Source: an uncultured Dehalococcoidales bacterium (lineage in GTDB: Bacteria; Chloroflexota; Dehalococcoidia; Dehalococcoidales; G020351185). Taken from it: DNA of 64,000 nucleotides. The notes below the pieces were generated by a model that worked only from the letters and a program-made list of their open reading frames with translations, was not told the origin of the DNA and searched no databases. Made by a program: the position numbers and the translations under genes. Positions 45,907-55,510 of the stretch are shown piece by piece. The stretch spans positions 2,690-66,689 of the forward strand of contig CAYGXW010000002.1 of the NCBI GenBank assembly GCA_964354125.1, given 5' to 3'. Position 1 is the stretch's first letter; each line of letters starts with the position of its first letter.

Positions 45907-47691
45907 CTACTCCACAGTTACGCTTTTAGCCAGATTCCGCGGAAAATCAATAGGGCAGCCTCTCTCTTTAGCGGCATAATAAGCCAGCAGTTGTATAACA
46001 ATGGTATTAACTATTGGTGAGAATATGTAATCAACCTTGGGCACGGTGATTACAAAGTCAGCTATCTCGCTAACAGAGCCGTTTTCTTCCTCACAGATAG
46101 CTATTACCGGCGCGCCTCTGGTCTTTATTTCTCTGATATTCCCTATCATAGCATCAATGGTACTATCATTAGCCACAATGGCAACTACTGGAGTATCCTT
46201 GCTCAGTAAGGCAAAGGGACCGTGTTTTAGTTCTCCGGCGGCATATCCTTCAGCATGGATATAGGAAATCTCCTTCAGCTTCAATGCCCCCTCCAGAGCT
46301 ATAGGGTAGTTAATGCCTCTACCAATAAAGAACACATTTTGATAATGCGACAGGTACTTGCCACACTTCTTAATTCTAGGTTTATTATCTAACACCCGTT
46401 GAATCTTATTTGGCAATTGTCTAATTTCCATTAACATATCGGCTAATCTTTTAACATCAGCCCGGGAATATGACATTACCAGCCAATAAAGCAGTACAAG
46501 TTGAGCCATAAAGCTCTTGGTAGAAGCCACGCTTATTTCAGGTCCGGCATTGGTAAAAATAGTCTGGTCAGCCAATCGGCTGACAGTACTACCCACTACA
46601 TTGGTAATGGCTAAAACCCGGCAGCCTCCTTCTTGCAGCCTTCGTGCCGCTCTAAGGACATCAGCGGTTTCGCCAGACTGTGTTATTACGATAGCCATAG
46701 TCTTGGCCAAAGTCTGAGGGTAGTAGTTAAATTCTGAAGCCAGCTCCACCCTTACTGGAATTCTGAGAAGCTCCTCAAAAATATATTTACCTACCAGACC
46801 GGCATTATAGGAAGTGCCACACGCCAGGATGAGCATGGCTTCAATGCCAGCATCTCTCATCCACTCCAAGTCAACTATTGGCTCTGCTTCTTGGCAATAT
46901 CCGACTAGAGTGTCCCGTACCACCCTGGGCTGTTCGTGAATCTCCTTGAGCATAAAGTGCTCATAGCCCGCCTTTTGTGCCTCTTCAATGCTCCATGATA
47001 TTTTTTGTTCTTTTCTAGTTACCTCAACGCCGTCTTTCATTATCTTTATGTCAGCACTGGTAATGATTCCGATATCACCCTCTTCTAAATATATCACCCG
47101 ATTGGTGTAGTCAAGTATGGCTGGGACATCCGAAGCAACAAAGACCTCCTGGTCGCCAACACCAATTATCAAGGGGCAGTCTTTTCTGGCGACTACTAAT
47201 TTGGGCTCACCGGCATTGATTACGGCAATGGCATAAGAACCCCTGATATCATTAAGGGTGGCCTCCACCGCTTCTTCTAAACTGCTATTATAGTACTTCT
47301 CTATTAGGTGCGATATTACTTCAGTATCCGTTTCAGAGATAAAATGATGCCCTTCTGCGATTAGTTTCTGCTGAAGCACTTTAAAATTATTTATTATGCC
47401 ATTGTGTACCACAGCGATTCTACCGGTACAATCGCTATGTGGATGGGCATTTATCATGGATGGCTCACCACAGGTCGCCCACCTGGTATGACCAATGCCC
47501 AGCACCCCACTAAGGGTTGGTGCTCTTCTGGCCATTACTCCTACCCGGAGAGCATCCTTATACAGCTTGACTTCATTATCAGCTATAGCTACACCACAGG
47601 AGTCATAGCCTCTATATTCAAGCCTAGCTAAGCAATTAAACAGAATAGGCTGAGCCTGCTTGTTCCCAATATAACCGACAATACCACACAT
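45907..47691 (-). CDS. glmS: glutamine--fructose-6-phosphate aminotransferase
   Basis: 594 aa with the N-terminal nucleophile MCGIVGY, two SIS domains and the C-terminal KSVTVE. Confidence 0.95.
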   Translation of the reverse strand: MCGIVGYIGNKQAQPILFNCLARLEYRGYDSCGVAIADNEVKLYKDALRVGVMARRAPTLSGVLGIGHTRWATCGEPSMINAHPHSDCTGRIAVVHNGIINNFKVLQQKLIAEGHHFISETDTEVISHLIEKYYNSSLEEAVEATLNDIRGSYAIAVINAGEPKLVVARKDCPLIIGVGDQEVFVASDVPAILDYTNRVIYLEEGDIGIITSADIKIMKDGVEVTRKEQKISWSIEEAQKAGYEHFMLKEIHEQPRVVRDTLVGYCQEAEPIVDLEWMRDAGIEAMLILACGTSYNAGLVGKYIFEELLRIPVRVELASEFNYYPQTLAKTMAIVITQSGETADVLRAARRLQEGGCRVLAITNVVGSTVSRLADQTIFTNAGPEISVASTKSFMAQLVLLYWLVMSYSRADVKRLADMLMEIRQLPNKIQRVLDNKPRIKKCGKYLSHYQNVFFIGRGINYPIALEGALKLKEISYIHAEGYAAGELKHGPFALLSKDTPVVAIVANDSTIDAMIGNIREIKTRGAPVIAICEEENGSVSEIADFVITVPKVDYIFSPIVNTIVIQLLAYYAAKERGCPIDFPRNLAKSVTVE

Positions 47692-47693
47692 AA

Positions 47694-48890
47694 TTAGAAC
47701 ACCAGACTTTTATCTGGTAGTTGTCCGCTTACCAGTTTCAGCGCCTGAACCTGCGTATAATTGCCAACAATAACACCCGGCCGGGCAACTACATGACTGC
47801 CCAAGCTACAGCCCTCGCCCAACATCGCTCCGATATTTACCGGGTAGTGTTCATCATTAATTTTGACTTCGGCTTCACCCCTTATGGCAGCAAAATGCCC
47901 CATTATAATACAACCCTTATCAATAACAGAGTCCTGTATAATAGAACTGGGGCCAATAGTGACATCATTACCTATAACACTGTTCTCTATCTCTGTAAAA
48001 GGCGATATAACCACATTATCACCAACGCTGGTAGCCGGCAAAATACATACGTTAGGCCCTATTTCACATCCGCGGCCAATAACCACCGGCCCGACTATAT
48101 ATGAGTTTGACTTAATTACTGTTTTCTCTCCCACCGAGACTAAACCTTTCATTGACACATCAGCCTCTATAGTACCGCCTATATTAGCTTGTATGTTGCG
48201 TAGTACAGCACCATTAAGGCTTAATATATCCCAAGGATATATTATATCAAGCCAGATACCATCTGTTTCTATAGCACTTATTTTCCCCCCTTGGTCAAGC
48301 ATATTATTTAAAACAATAGGGATGTTCTGCTCACCTTCAACAAGTTTAAATATCCTTTTGGTAAGGGCATAGATACCGGTATTTACCATATAGATGCCTA
48401 GCTCCCGACCTTGGCCTGAAGCCCGCCGCTCCCAGCGCATTGCCTCTTTTACCGAACCTTCATCAACTTTTACCACTGAGCTTCTAAACGGATTCTCCAT
48501 TTTCTTAACCAGCATCGCCTCGGGTTTCACAGAGACAAACTGTGAGATAGTATCAGCCTCTATCAGCTTATCCCCTGATAAAACCATAAATTCACTATCA
48601 ACTAACGATTTAGCCTGTAAGAGAGCATGGGCTGTGCCTAGTTGCTTTTCCTGGGTTACATAGGTTATTTCAACATCAAACTGTTCCCCGGAACCAAAAT
48701 AATCAAATATCTGCTCTCTTCTATAGCCAACTATAAGTACAATATGACGAATACCATTCTGTGCCAGTGATTCGACCACATATTGAAGTATCGGCTTACC
48801 AGCTACCGAGAGCATCGCCTTCGGCTTGTTGACCGTAAACGGCCTCAGCCTTTTACCCTCCCCGGCGGCTAATATTACTGCCTGCTTCAT
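47694..48890 (-). CDS. bifunctional sugar-1-phosphate nucleotidylyltransferase / left-handed beta-helix acetyltransferase (archaeal GlmU-like), paralog 2
   Basis: 398 aa with LAAGEGKRLRPFT (NTP-transferase G-loop) and C-terminal hexapeptide repeats. Confidence 0.8.
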   Translation of the reverse strand: MKQAVILAAGEGKRLRPFTVNKPKAMLSVAGKPILQYVVESLAQNGIRHIVLIVGYRREQIFDYFGSGEQFDVEITYVTQEKQLGTAHALLQAKSLVDSEFMVLSGDKLIEADTISQFVSVKPEAMLVKKMENPFRSSVVKVDEGSVKEAMRWERRASGQGRELGIYMVNTGIYALTKRIFKLVEGEQNIPIVLNNMLDQGGKISAIETDGIWLDIIYPWDILSLNGAVLRNIQANIGGTIEADVSMKGLVSVGEKTVIKSNSYIVGPVVIGRGCEIGPNVCILPATSVGDNVVISPFTEIENSVIGNDVTIGPSSIIQDSVIDKGCIIMGHFAAIRGEAEVKINDEHYPVNIGAMLGEGCSLGSHVVARPGVIVGNYTQVQALKLVSGQLPDKSLVF

Positions 48891-48902
48891 GACTTTCCCC
48901 TC

Positions 48903-50105
48903 CTAAAACACCCTCGTACCGGGTAATATAATTCCGCTGGCTACAGCACCCGGCCCAATGACAGCATTATTACCTATTAGACTGCCCACATTGATACTGG
49001 CGTTAATCCCGGTCTCAACCCTATCTCCTATTATAGCTCCTAGTTTGCGTCTCTTGGTATCTATACCGGCGACACATATCTCTTTCTCATCCAGCCTAAG
49101 ATTGGCAATCTTAGTGCCAGCACCCAGATTGCACCTCTCACCAAGAATACTATCACCCACATAGTTATGGTGAGGGATTTTGCTTCCATTCATAATTATA
49201 GAACCCTTTACCTCAACAGCAAAACCAATACGGCAGCCATCACCAATTGAAGTGAAGGGACGGATGTAGCAGTTGGGACCAATATCGCAATCCCGACCAA
49301 TAGTCACCGGACCAACTATATAACAGCCTGACCTTACTATAGTATCCTTACCAATAGAAACAGCCCCTTTAATTATTGCATTCTTTTCAACTTCACCCAG
49401 GTTCCGTGCTTCATTCCCATCCAGAAGGGATTCATTGGCAGATAGTAGGTCCCATGGGTAGCTGCAGTCAAGCCAGTAGCCAATCTTCTGATAGGCAACA
49501 TTATATCCCTGCTCTATCATAAGCTGCAGGGAATCGGTTATTTCATACTCCCCCCGTGGCGATCTTGGTGTCTGGGCTATGGCATCAAATATAGCTGGTG
49601 TGAAGAGATACAGGCCGGTATTGGCTATATTGGAAGGGGGTTGGCTAGTTTTTTCCCAGATGCGTACTACTCGGCTACCATTCACCTCAACCACCCCCAG
49701 GTCACTAACATCCTCTACCTCTTTGGCACCTATGGTGTTATCGTCCTTTATAGACAGGCTTATAATATCCTCTTTGCTGGCGATGATATCGCCATTTATT
49801 ACTAGGAATTTGCCATTAACTAAGGATTTAATCCCTTTAATAGCATCAGCAGTACCCAGCCTTTTCCTCTGGGTTATGTAATCTATTTTTACTCCCCACC
49901 CCTTTCCATTGCCAAAGTAATCGCGCACCTGCTCATCATGATAACCAACAACAAAGATGAATTCCTTAATACCAGCCCCAACAGCTTCAATCAGCAGGTG
50001 CTCCAGGATAGGCTTGTTGGCTATGGGCAGCATTACCTTGGGTCGTGTATAGGTCAGGGGTCGCATCCGGCTGCCTTCTCCAGCAGCTAGAATAACTGCC
50101 TTCAT
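48903..50105 (-). CDS. bifunctional sugar-1-phosphate nucleotidylyltransferase / LbH acetyltransferase (archaeal GlmU-like), paralog 1
   Basis: 400 aa with LAAGEGSRMRPLT and C-terminal hexapeptide repeats. Confidence 0.8.
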   Translation of the reverse strand: MKAVILAAGEGSRMRPLTYTRPKVMLPIANKPILEHLLIEAVGAGIKEFIFVVGYHDEQVRDYFGNGKGWGVKIDYITQRKRLGTADAIKGIKSLVNGKFLVINGDIIASKEDIISLSIKDDNTIGAKEVEDVSDLGVVEVNGSRVVRIWEKTSQPPSNIANTGLYLFTPAIFDAIAQTPRSPRGEYEITDSLQLMIEQGYNVAYQKIGYWLDCSYPWDLLSANESLLDGNEARNLGEVEKNAIIKGAVSIGKDTIVRSGCYIVGPVTIGRDCDIGPNCYIRPFTSIGDGCRIGFAVEVKGSIIMNGSKIPHHNYVGDSILGERCNLGAGTKIANLRLDEKEICVAGIDTKRRKLGAIIGDRVETGINASINVGSLIGNNAVIGPGAVASGIILPGTRVF

Positions 50106-50110
50106 TCTAT

Positions 50111-51412
50111 CTATCTCTCCTTGCCTCTAGCTAAAGACTCCCTTATCAACCTTATGCTGTTATCATACAATTGTCGAACCTTCTTCTCTGTTTTTGCCTC
50201 AACGGTAACCCTTATCTTGGGTTCAGTACCTGAGACCCTGATAAGGAGCCAGCCACCTTCAAGGTCTAGTTTAATACCATCAACCTTATTTACCGATAGC
50301 GGTTTTATTTCCGTCACCAGCTTCTTTTCCAGGCTAGAAAGAACCACTCCGTCACTGCTGATACTACCGCGTATTATCGGATAGCTGGGTATGTCATCAA
50401 CCAGCCGGGATAACTTGTTTCTGCTGGCGATAGACACAATCTGTGCGGCGGCGTAAATGCCATCAGGGCATAGAGATTTTTTCGGGAAAACCCAGCTCCC
50501 CGATGGCTCACCACCAAAATCACCCCCCTTTTTAAGTACTTGGGATACATGGTTATCACCAACACAGGTGCGAATAACTCTAAAACCGACTTCATCTATT
50601 GCCATAGAGGCATCTATGGTGGTTACAACATCCTTGGCTGACAGCTCCCGAGCTAAAATCATTAGCAGTTTATCGCCGCCAACAAATCTACCCTGGTCAT
50701 CCACTGCCATCATTCGGTCAGCATCACCATCATGGGCAATGCCCAAGTCGGCACCGGACTCAATGACTTTATTCACTAATTCTGCCAGATTAGCCTCGGT
50801 TGGCTCAACATCATGAGGAAAGAACCCGCTGGGATGACAATTTATTTCTATTACTTCACAACCCATTCTTTTTAATAAATGTGGAGTAATCACAGAGCCA
50901 GCACCACAGCCACAATCTAAGGCTACCTTAAGCTTAACTTTTTGGGGGAAGTCTTCTAGTATATTCTCAATATGCTTCTCAACTGCACCGTGGTAAACAT
51001 TACCAATTTGAAACCTGTCCCACGAGGCAACAGGTAGGGATTCGCCCAATACTATCTCCTCTATCTCCTGCTGTTGGTTAGAATCAAAAGCAGAACCATC
51101 GGTATTCAACAGCTTTATACCATTATACTCCGGGGGATTATGTGAAGCGGTTATTATTATCCCAGCGTCAAAATCTTTAGCAGCCAGGGCAAGAGTTGGC
51201 GTCGGCAGTACACCGGCGTCAAAGCTTTCAGCACCGGCCGCCAGAAGCCCAGAAGTGAGCGCTTGTTTCATGGCGCTTGATGAAGTTCTGGTATCACAGC
51301 CAACTACTGTTCTGGGATAGAGACTGCCTACCGCCAGTCCAACCTTCTGCGTCAGCTGTATCAACCAGCTGTCAGCAACAGCCCTTATACCTGAAGTGCC
51401 AAACAACCGCAC
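50111..51412 (-). CDS. glmM: phosphoglucosamine/phosphohexose mutase (alpha-D-phosphohexomutase family)
   Basis: 433 aa with GTSGIRAV, the active-site loop TASHNPPEYNG and the metal loop DGDADR. GTG start. Confidence 0.85.
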   Translation of the reverse strand: MRLFGTSGIRAVADSWLIQLTQKVGLAVGSLYPRTVVGCDTRTSSSAMKQALTSGLLAAGAESFDAGVLPTPTLALAAKDFDAGIIITASHNPPEYNGIKLLNTDGSAFDSNQQQEIEEIVLGESLPVASWDRFQIGNVYHGAVEKHIENILEDFPQKVKLKVALDCGCGAGSVITPHLLKRMGCEVIEINCHPSGFFPHDVEPTEANLAELVNKVIESGADLGIAHDGDADRMMAVDDQGRFVGGDKLLMILARELSAKDVVTTIDASMAIDEVGFRVIRTCVGDNHVSQVLKKGGDFGGEPSGSWVFPKKSLCPDGIYAAAQIVSIASRNKLSRLVDDIPSYPIIRGSISSDGVVLSSLEKKLVTEIKPLSVNKVDGIKLDLEGGWLLIRVSGTEPKIRVTVEAKTEKKVRQLYDNSIRLIRESLARGKER

Positions 51413-51421
51413 AGTGACCAG

Positions 51422-51450
51422 ATATTAACCCTTTTAATGCCAGTTGTCAA
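51422..51450 (-). promoter_or_regulatory. candidate promoter for the glmM operon
   Basis: Minus strand reads TTGACA-N17-TAATAT. Confidence 0.35.
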
Positions 51451-51455
51451 CGATA

Positions 51456-51484
51456 TTGACACAAAAAGGATAAGTCTTTACTAT
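51456..51484 (+). promoter_or_regulatory. candidate promoter for trxA
   Basis: TTGACA-N17-TACTAT. The -35 boxes of the two divergent promoters form the inverted repeat TGTCAA-CGATA-TTGACA. Confidence 0.35.
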
Positions 51485-51519
51485 AGATATATCAATCTAT
51501 TTGAGAGGAGATATTGTTA

Positions 51520-51837
51520 ATGGTACTATATATCACTGACCAAAGCTTTGAAGAAGAGGTAATAAAATCCACCCAGCCGGTGCTGTTGGATTTATGGGCA
51601 CCCTGGTGTGGGCCCTGCCGTATGGTAGCGCCTGTTGTAGAAAGTCTAGCCAAAAAACATAAGGGTAAATTTAAGTTCTGCAAAATGAATGTTGATGAGA
51701 ACCCAAAAACAGCCGCCAAATACGGAATTATGTCAATACCCACATTGATGTTTTTCAAGGATGGTGAAGTGATAGATACCGTTATTGGCGCCGTACCGGA
51801 GACAACCCTGCAACCCAAAATAGACGCACTTCTTTAG
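51520..51837 (+). CDS. trxA: thioredoxin
   Basis: 105 aa from the ATG at 51520, which is 9 nt after GAGAGGAG, with WAPWCGPCR. The ORF-track TTG at 51514 is too close to the SD. Confidence 0.9.
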   Translation: MVLYITDQSFEEEVIKSTQPVLLDLWAPWCGPCRMVAPVVESLAKKHKGKFKFCKMNVDENPKTAAKYGIMSIPTLMFFKDGEVIDTVIGAVPETTLQPKIDALL

Positions 51838-51868
51838 TAATTGTTCATAACAAAACGCATAAATAGCA

Positions 51869-52669
51869 TCAGTCCCGTCCATATCTACTACTGCCAGCGT
51901 TAGGCAAAACCGTCGGCAGACCACTCAGTGGATGGGTATAAATATAACTGCCGGCTCCATAGACCTGCCTGATATTATCATCTTTGATAACCTCATTTGG
52001 CTTACCTTCAGCATGGATACGGCCGCTATTTATCAAGACCAATCGGTCACAGTATTGCGCCGCCAGATTAAGGTCATGCAGGGCAACCACGACCGTTAGC
52101 CCATCTTTGCGGCATAGACTCTTTATCAAATCAAGTATTTCAATCTGACGGCTGATATCTAGATTTGCCGTCGGTTCATCCAGAAGAATAGCCTCCGTCT
52201 CCTGGGCAAGGACACGAGCAATAACAATACACTGTATCTCCCCACCTGATAGTTCGCCTATTCTTCGCTGGGCAAGATGCTGTATTGATGTTTTTTCCAT
52301 AGCCTGCCAGGCAATAGCCAGGTCTTTAGCCCCCTCATATTGAAACAGGCCAAGGTGGGGATTCCTGCCCATAAGAACTATCTCAAAGGCGGTAAAGGTG
52401 CTAGGCAATAGTGGAACCTGTGGCACGACACCAATTAAGCAAGCCAACTCTCTCCTTGGTATTCGTGATATATCCCTGCCATTTAAGAGTATCCTGCCTG
52501 AATATGGTGAGATGATGTGGCTCAGTGCCCTGATTATGGTTGACTTGCCGCAACCGTTTGGTCCAACAAGCCCGACCATCTCACCAGGCTTTGCCCTAAA
52601 GGTAATATCCTCTACTACCAGCTTGCGCCCATAGCCTAGGGTAACACCCTGCATATTAAACTCAATCAT
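51869..52669 (-). CDS. ABC transporter ATP-binding protein (cobalamin/iron-chelate type)
   Basis: 266 aa from MIEFNMQGV with Walker A GPNGCGKST, signature LSGGE and Walker B LLDEP. Confidence 0.85.
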   Translation of the reverse strand: MIEFNMQGVTLGYGRKLVVEDITFRAKPGEMVGLVGPNGCGKSTIIRALSHIISPYSGRILLNGRDISRIPRRELACLIGVVPQVPLLPSTFTAFEIVLMGRNPHLGLFQYEGAKDLAIAWQAMEKTSIQHLAQRRIGELSGGEIQCIVIARVLAQETEAILLDEPTANLDISRQIEILDLIKSLCRKDGLTVVVALHDLNLAAQYCDRLVLINSGRIHAEGKPNEVIKDDNIRQVYGAGSYIYTHPLSGLPTVLPNAGSSRYGRD

Positions 52670-52676
52670 CTTTACC

Positions 52677-53759
52677 TCAGAAAAGCATTTTTGCCCGGCG
52701 TCTGAGTAGATAGAGAAAGAAGGGTGCCCCACAGATAGCGGTGACCACCCCTATCGGTATCTCGGATGGCATAGCGATGGTGCGGGCAACAATATCAGCC
52801 AGAATAAGGAAAATGGCACCACAAAGTATAGATAAAGGCAGTAAGAAACGGTAATCAGGACCCCAGATTAACCGCACGGCGTGGGGGATGATTATGCCCA
52901 CAAAACCGATAATGCCGACAAAGGAAACGGCGGCGGCAGTAACCAGGGTGGCGGCGGTAAGCAGGATGAGCTTAAGCCTTTCCACATTGATACCCAACTG
53001 CTGAGCCTGCGCCTCATCAAGTTGTATTATGTTTAATGAACGGGAAAACAGCAGGATTACAGCTGAACCAATTACTACAATTGGTATCACAACCTGTACC
53101 TCAGACCACTGGCTTAATGAGAAACTGCCGCTAAGCCAGAACATTATTCCCTGTAGCATCTGACCGCTATTAATAGCTAAATAGGCAACGATAGCCCCGA
53201 GAAGGGCACCTAGAGCCACGCCAGCCAGGATAAGAGTAGTTACCGGAAGGGTCTTACCCACCCGAGCCAGCATGTAGACTATGGCTACACTGAGCAGTGC
53301 CCCGGTAAAAGCCATAAGCGGCACAGTGCTAATGCCAAAACCAGTCAGGGAAACCGGGAGTAGAAAGCCAATGACAGCCCCCAGGGCTGCCCCCTGGGCT
53401 ACGCCGATAAGGTAAGGGTCTGCCAGCGGATTGCGAAATAGCCCCTGATAGGTAGCCCCGGCTACTGCCAAAGCGGCGCCAACCACCCCGGCTAGAATAA
53501 CCCTGGGTAAGCGTATGTCCCAGACTATAGTCTCATGGGCAATTGCCCAAGTAGGTGTTATTTCAATAAAGGGCAACTTAGAAATCAGAATGCTGGATGT
53601 AGTCGCAAAGGGGATTTTCACACTGCCGATAGAGGCGGCAAAGGCTATTATCAACAACAGCAAAGCCAGAAGCCCCAAAATGGCAAAGATACGAGCTCGC
53701 CAGTAAGGATAAATCAACCTAGGCGCCTGCGGCACACCTGTTTTTTGTCCTTTCTTCAT
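52677..53759 (-). CDS. FecCD/BtuC-family ABC permease
   Basis: 360 aa, about 10 TM segments, with typical FecCD motifs (RLPRVILAGVVGAALAVAG, GIIPHAVRL). Confidence 0.85.
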   Translation of the reverse strand: MKKGQKTGVPQAPRLIYPYWRARIFAILGLLALLLLIIAFAASIGSVKIPFATTSSILISKLPFIEITPTWAIAHETIVWDIRLPRVILAGVVGAALAVAGATYQGLFRNPLADPYLIGVAQGAALGAVIGFLLPVSLTGFGISTVPLMAFTGALLSVAIVYMLARVGKTLPVTTLILAGVALGALLGAIVAYLAINSGQMLQGIMFWLSGSFSLSQWSEVQVVIPIVVIGSAVILLFSRSLNIIQLDEAQAQQLGINVERLKLILLTAATLVTAAAVSFVGIIGFVGIIIPHAVRLIWGPDYRFLLPLSILCGAIFLILADIVARTIAMPSEIPIGVVTAICGAPFFLYLLRRRAKMLF

Positions 53760-53785
53760 CTATAAATCTGCCCTATTGTGTCTTA

Positions 53786-54775
53786 TTATTCAACCGAACC
53801 GAATATCTCCGGGTGTATCATTTTTGCCATCAGCTCCAATCCCTGTATTATTCTTGGAACAGGTCGGTTGGTCAGGTCGGCGTTAATGCCATATACACGC
53901 TGGTTAATTAGGGCATCCACCCCTCCCAATCTGGTTTCATTAAGAATGAATTGAAATGATATGTCGCCACCCTCATAATCTTCAACATTGGCAATAATTA
54001 CCTGAGGATTGGCATTTATAACCTCCTCTAATACCAATGTAGGGAAACCTTCACCAGCAACCTGGGCAATATTGATGCCGCCCGCTTTTTCAATCAGCTC
54101 ATGAATAGGGGTATCGGTACCCACCGACATTATTGGCTCATGCCAGATAACATACAGCACCCTCGGCTTTTCTGATTCTTTAAGATTAGCCGTCTTATCG
54201 GTTACCGCCTTTATCCTCTGCTTCATATCGCCTACTATCTGGTAAGCCTTTTCTTCGGTACCGGTAATCTCGCCAATAAAAACTATGGAATCCATTATCT
54301 CTTCAAGGTTATGAGGAACAAGGCTAATTACGGTAAAACCAAGCTGTTCCAGCGCTGGAATGACCTCTTGCTTGTGGATATCCTCAGCTAGAATTAGGTC
54401 CGGGTTTATGGCAACCACCTTCTCTATATCAACATCCGAATAACCGCCTACCTTTTCCTTTTCTAAAGCCGCCTCTGGATAATCGCAGAACTCGGTTACA
54501 CCAACCAGTTTATCACCCAGTCCCAGAGCGAATATTATCTCGGTATTGCTCGGAGCCAGAGAAACTATCCTCTCCGGCATTTTCTCTATTATAACCACAC
54601 GCCCTAGGTCATCTGTTATTTCCATGGGAAATTCTGGTACACCGAATGTTGGTATCCCTTCAGAAACCGACGTGCCATACACTGTGGGCAACAAGCCTAA
54701 GATGGACAGGACGCTGAAAACCCAAAAAACGATAAGAATACAAATACCATCCCTTATATTCTTAGTAATCAACAA
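53786..54775 (-). CDS. periplasmic-binding-protein family 8 (BtuF-like cobalamin/chelate binding protein)
   Basis: 329 aa with an N-terminal TM/signal anchor and RIVSLAPSNTEIIFALG, typical of BtuF/FhuD-type proteins. Confidence 0.8.
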   Translation of the reverse strand: MLITKNIRDGICILIVFWVFSVLSILGLLPTVYGTSVSEGIPTFGVPEFPMEITDDLGRVVIIEKMPERIVSLAPSNTEIIFALGLGDKLVGVTEFCDYPEAALEKEKVGGYSDVDIEKVVAINPDLILAEDIHKQEVIPALEQLGFTVISLVPHNLEEIMDSIVFIGEITGTEEKAYQIVGDMKQRIKAVTDKTANLKESEKPRVLYVIWHEPIMSVGTDTPIHELIEKAGGINIAQVAGEGFPTLVLEEVINANPQVIIANVEDYEGGDISFQFILNETRLGGVDALINQRVYGINADLTNRPVPRIIQGLELMAKMIHPEIFGSVE

Positions 54776-54806
54776 ATACCCCCTAAAAATAAAGATATTT
54801 TAAGTT

Positions 54807-54839
54807 AAAAAAATTCCCCTGCCTCTTGGGCAGGGGAAT
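54807..54839 (-). terminator. intrinsic terminator acting as riboswitch expression platform
   Basis: 11-bp stem ATTCCCCTGCC/GGCAGGGGAAT with a 5-nt loop, followed on the minus strand by a run of 6-7 U. Confidence 0.6.
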
Positions 54840-55005
54840 ACCCTCATGTCTCTGTTAACATGATGCACCTCCTCTCCCGCGGAGGACCAAGCACCCAGAT
54901 TTCTGGCGTTCTGGCTCCTGGTAGAATTACCAGTCACAGTAGGCGGTACTGCGTCGGATTTTCACCGACTTGCTTTCCAATTAAGCCTGAATCGCTTCAA
55001 GCCCC
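54807..55005 (-). promoter_or_regulatory. cobalamin (B12) riboswitch
   Basis: Minus strand contains GGAAAGCAAGTCGGTGAAAATCCGACGCAGTACCGCCTACTGTGA (conserved core) and a B12-box-like GGAGCCAGAACGCCAG, followed by a terminator, upstream of the btuF-like gene. Confidence 0.8.
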
Positions 55006-55036
55006 TCTGAGTGGTCAATATTAAATTGTACTCTCT

Positions 55037-55065
55037 AAATTACTCCCTTTGCCAAAATTTGTCAA
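55037..55065 (-). promoter_or_regulatory. candidate promoter for the riboswitch-btuFCD unit
   Basis: Minus strand reads TTGACA-N17-TAATTT. Confidence 0.4.
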
Positions 55066-55123
55066 GCTTTGTTGCCCAAAAATGGTATAATTAGTCTATT
55101 GGAAACCGATAGGAGATTAAACT

Positions 55124-55432
55124 ATGGGTGATGTTTTAGATGAAGCCTACAGTATAATGCAGTGCAAGGAATGCCCGTGGTATAAAACCTGTATAATGCC
55201 CGTGAAATTTACCGCCGAAGATATCCGACGACAGCTAGCGTCAACCCCGGGGGCAGACATCTCGCAGCAAGCTGACCTGGGAATACAAAACCTTATCTCC
55301 AGTATGGCAACCGCAGCCCAGAACTCATTGCTTGAGGGTTGCCCCATCCTTATTGAACGCCTGCGACAAAGCCCCAAGCTTGCCCAGAAAATAAAGGAAA
55401 TAATGCATAGCTGGAGCCAAGAGGAGAAGTAG
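55124..55432 (+). CDS. hypothetical protein
   Basis: 102-aa ORF with TAGGAG upstream. Has an N-terminal CxxC..C (MQCKECPWYKTC). No family recognised. Confidence 0.5.
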   Translation: MGDVLDEAYSIMQCKECPWYKTCIMPVKFTAEDIRRQLASTPGADISQQADLGIQNLISSMATAAQNSLLEGCPILIERLRQSPKLAQKIKEIMHSWSQEEK

Positions 55433-55510
55433 AAGCAACATTCCTGCCGTTTGCCACAAAGGCAGCTAACTTTTTTAGTTAATTTTCGTTATAAATAGTC
55501 AGGTGGGAAG

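Noticed and set aside
47692-47700. glmS ribozyme upstream of glmS.
   Set aside because: glmS starts 2 nt after the stop of the preceding gene in the operon, so there is no leader that could hold a ribozyme.
55433-55510. Possible terminator hairpin CCTGCC..GGCAGC followed by CTAACTTTTTT after the 102-aa ORF.
   Set aside because: The stem is only about 5 bp with a 12-nt loop, which is too weak to call.
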